Assembly: GCA_963765495.1 (NCBI GenBank)
Contig: CAVXWP010000009.1
Location: 320,001 to 384,000 of the forward strand
DNA from: Blastocatellia bacterium
Lineage (GTDB): Bacteria; Acidobacteriota; Blastocatellia; UBA7656
Reading direction: 5' to 3'
Length of the DNA stretch: 64,000 nucleotides
Position numbers and translations under genes: made by a program. This document shows, in pieces, positions 62,101-64,000 of the stretch. Under the pieces are notes generated by a model. The model was not told the DNA's origin. It did not search any database and saw nothing but the letters and a program-made list of their open reading frames with translations. Position 1 is the stretch's first letter; each line of letters begins with the position of its first letter.

Positions 62101-64000
62101 TTATTCGTACCTGAGCGCAACCATCGGGTCTATCTTTGTCGCGCGCCGGGCAGGGATGTAACCCGCCAGCGCGGCAACGACGGTCAAAAGCGTAGTTGCC
62201 AGAAGGATGGTCAAGGGATCGGCAGGACTCATCCCGAAAAGCTGGCTTTCGATCACACGCGCCGCTAGAAGAGCTACCGGAACACCGATGGCGATCCCCG
62301 CGAGAACAAGCAGAAGAGTCTCGCGCAAAACCATCCACAGGATGTTACCCTGCTGCGCGCCTAAAGCCATGCGGATGCCGATCTCATTTGTCCGGCGAGC
62401 TACGGCCTGAGCCATCACTCCATACAGACCTATGCTTGCAAGCACCAGCGCCAGCAGTCCAAAGAAGCTTACGAGTTGTGCGACCAACCGCTCCTGCCTG
62501 AATGACTGCTCGATCTGATCGCTTAAAGAGGTTATACCCTCGACCGGCAGCTTGTCGTCTATTTGAGCAATGATCGAACGAACCTCGGAAGCCAGTTGAA
62601 GAGGGTCGCCCGATGTTCGAATCTCCAGATTGCTTGAGTAAGCAGACCCGTCCTGCACCTGTAGAATCGGGCGATAAGCGGTGCGATCAGGTTTTTCCTT
62701 CGCGCTGCCGTACTTTGCGTCTCTGATGACGCCCACGATTTCAATAGAGTTACCCTTGTCAGGATCGTCGCCAAATCTGAACCGCTGCCCCACGGGATTC
62801 TGGCCGTTAAAAAAGTGATCGGCGAACGCTTCATTGACAACAGCAACCTGGGGGGATGCGGGTGTGTCCTGCGGCCCGATTTCACGGCCCAGCCGCACGG
62901 GAAGGCCAAGCGTCTCGGCGTATCTCGGCCCGACCAGCATATCGCGCACGACCATATCTTCATCAGGTTGAGGTGCATACCCCTGAATGGAAATGTTACT
63001 GCTCCTGTTGGTTCCGCTCATCGGGCTGAAAGTGGCCAGGGTGGCCGATTGCACGCCCGGCAGCCCGCCTACCCGATCAAGTATCTGCCGGTAGAGCGTC
63101 TCGAGTTCGGCAGGCTTGTAGCCGGCCGCGCGCGAGTCAAGGTCCAGCAGCAGAACATTGTCGCGGTTGAATCCGAGGTCTTCCCGCTCAAGCGCCATCA
63201 GGCTCCGCGAAAACAATCCCGCGCCTACGAGCAGGACGAGCGACAAAGCTACCTGAGATACGACAAGCATCGGAGCCAGCCCAAACCTGCTCCGCCCCCC
63301 TCCGACGCGGGCCGATTTGTCTTTGAGCCCGCCTGAGATGTCGGCCCGACTCGCGCGCAACGCGGGCGCAATCCCAAATACCAGGCCAGCCAGTAACGAA
63401 ATAATCAGAGTGAATCCGAGCACCAGCCAATCGGGGCTGACATCTATCGGAGAGGTCCTGGCGACAAGGGCCACAAGCACGCTTACGCCCCACTGCGCGA
63501 GCAGAATCCCTGCGATTCCGCCCAGAATCGCCAGCAGCACGCTCTCCGTGAGCAATTGTCTGACAAGTCGCGCACGACTCGCACCCAGCGCCAGCCGGAT
63601 CAGAATTTCCATCTGCCTCGCCGACGCCCTTGCAAGCAGGAGGTTTCCGACATTCGCGCAGGCGATCAGTAACACAAGTCCGACGATTGCCATGAGCATG
63701 TGCAGCGGCTGCGAGTAGTAGTACCTGAGACCGGAAATCCCCTGTGCCCCCGATAAGAGGCTGATATATGAATTCTCGATTGATTTGAGTCGATCTTCGG
63801 AAGGAGTGGCTCCGGCCTGCTCGACCAGAAATTGATGAAGCGCCACGTTTGCCTGCGCCTGCGCCTGTTCAATGCCGACTCCCGGTTTCAGCCTGCCCAT
63901 CATATTCAGCCAGTACATATCCTGCTTTGTAAGCGCAGACTCCTGTAACTCGATCTGCGGTTGAAATGCGAGAGGCATCCAGAAATCGGGCGAACGTCTG
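62101..64000 (-). CDS. ADOP-type duplicated ABC permease #15, 5' end outside window
   Basis: [51 protein letters not shown]; frame open to the window edge. Confidence 0.92.
   Translation of the reverse strand, partial: RRSPDFWMPLAFQPQIELQESALTKQDMYWLNMMGRLKPGVGIEQAQAQANVALHQFLVEQAGATPSEDRLKSIENSYISLLSGAQGISGLRYYYSQPLHMLMAIVGLVLLIACANVGNLLLARASARQMEILIRLALGASRARLVRQLLTESVLLAILGGIAGILLAQWGVSVLVALVARTSPIDVSPDWLVLGFTLIISLLAGLVFGIAPALRASRADISGGLKDKSARVGGGRSRFGLAPMLVVSQVALSLVLLVGAGLFSRSLMALEREDLGFNRDNVLLLDLDSRAAGYKPAELETLYRQILDRVGGLPGVQSATLATFSPMSGTNRSSNISIQGYAPQPDEDMVVRDMLVGPRYAETLGLPVRLGREIGPQDTPASPQVAVVNEAFADHFFNGQNPVGQRFRFGDDPDKGNSIEIVGVIRDAKYGSAKEKPDRTAYRPILQVQDGSAYSSNLEIRTSGDPLQLASEVRSIIAQIDDKLPVEGITSLSDQIEQSFRQERLVAQLVSFFGLLALVLASIGLYGVMAQAVARRTNEIGIRMALGAQQGNILWMVLRETLLLVLAGIAIGVPVALLAARVIESQLFGMSPADPLTILLATTLLTVVAALAGYIPARRATKIDPMVALRYE

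Overview
GC-rich bacterial window, most consistent with Acidobacteria (inferred from the large expansion of ADOP-type permeases). Left part: a minus-strand operon of cysC, three AlkP-superfamily enzymes and a YfhO-like membrane protein that runs off the left edge. Next come APC, Usp and NSS (LeuT-like, with an unannotated small subunit) genes. A visibly more AT-rich block (about 12.8-20.9 kb) encodes a PAS/GAF-GGDEF-EAL protein, an AmiC-like amidase and a PilZ-PilZ-REC protein, with two sigma54-type promoters; a second APC permease follows. The right 41 kb holds at least 15 co-oriented, divergent MacB/FtsX-type duplicated permeases (ADOP), with no ATPase or PadR gene in view, interrupted by DUF4097-like, beta-propeller and YceI genes. 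The most unusual signal is non-coding. Almost every stop codon in the GC-rich part is directly followed by a heptamer-repeat element from one of four families (GTTTTGA, TGATGCG, TCTCAAA, GGGATGA). Many have inverted arms around a fixed-length core. In the GTTTTGA family two core alleles each occur in both orientations between matching flanks, and core-less versions also exist. A 455-bp gene-end/element/gene-start junction is duplicated at a constant offset, and a sigma54-like promoter plus enhancer module heads two sub-arrays. Together these suggest a recombinationally shuffled permease cassette array; that interpretation is inference, and no recombinase is visible. No rRNA, tRNA, CRISPR or transposase was found. 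All alignments were done by eye.
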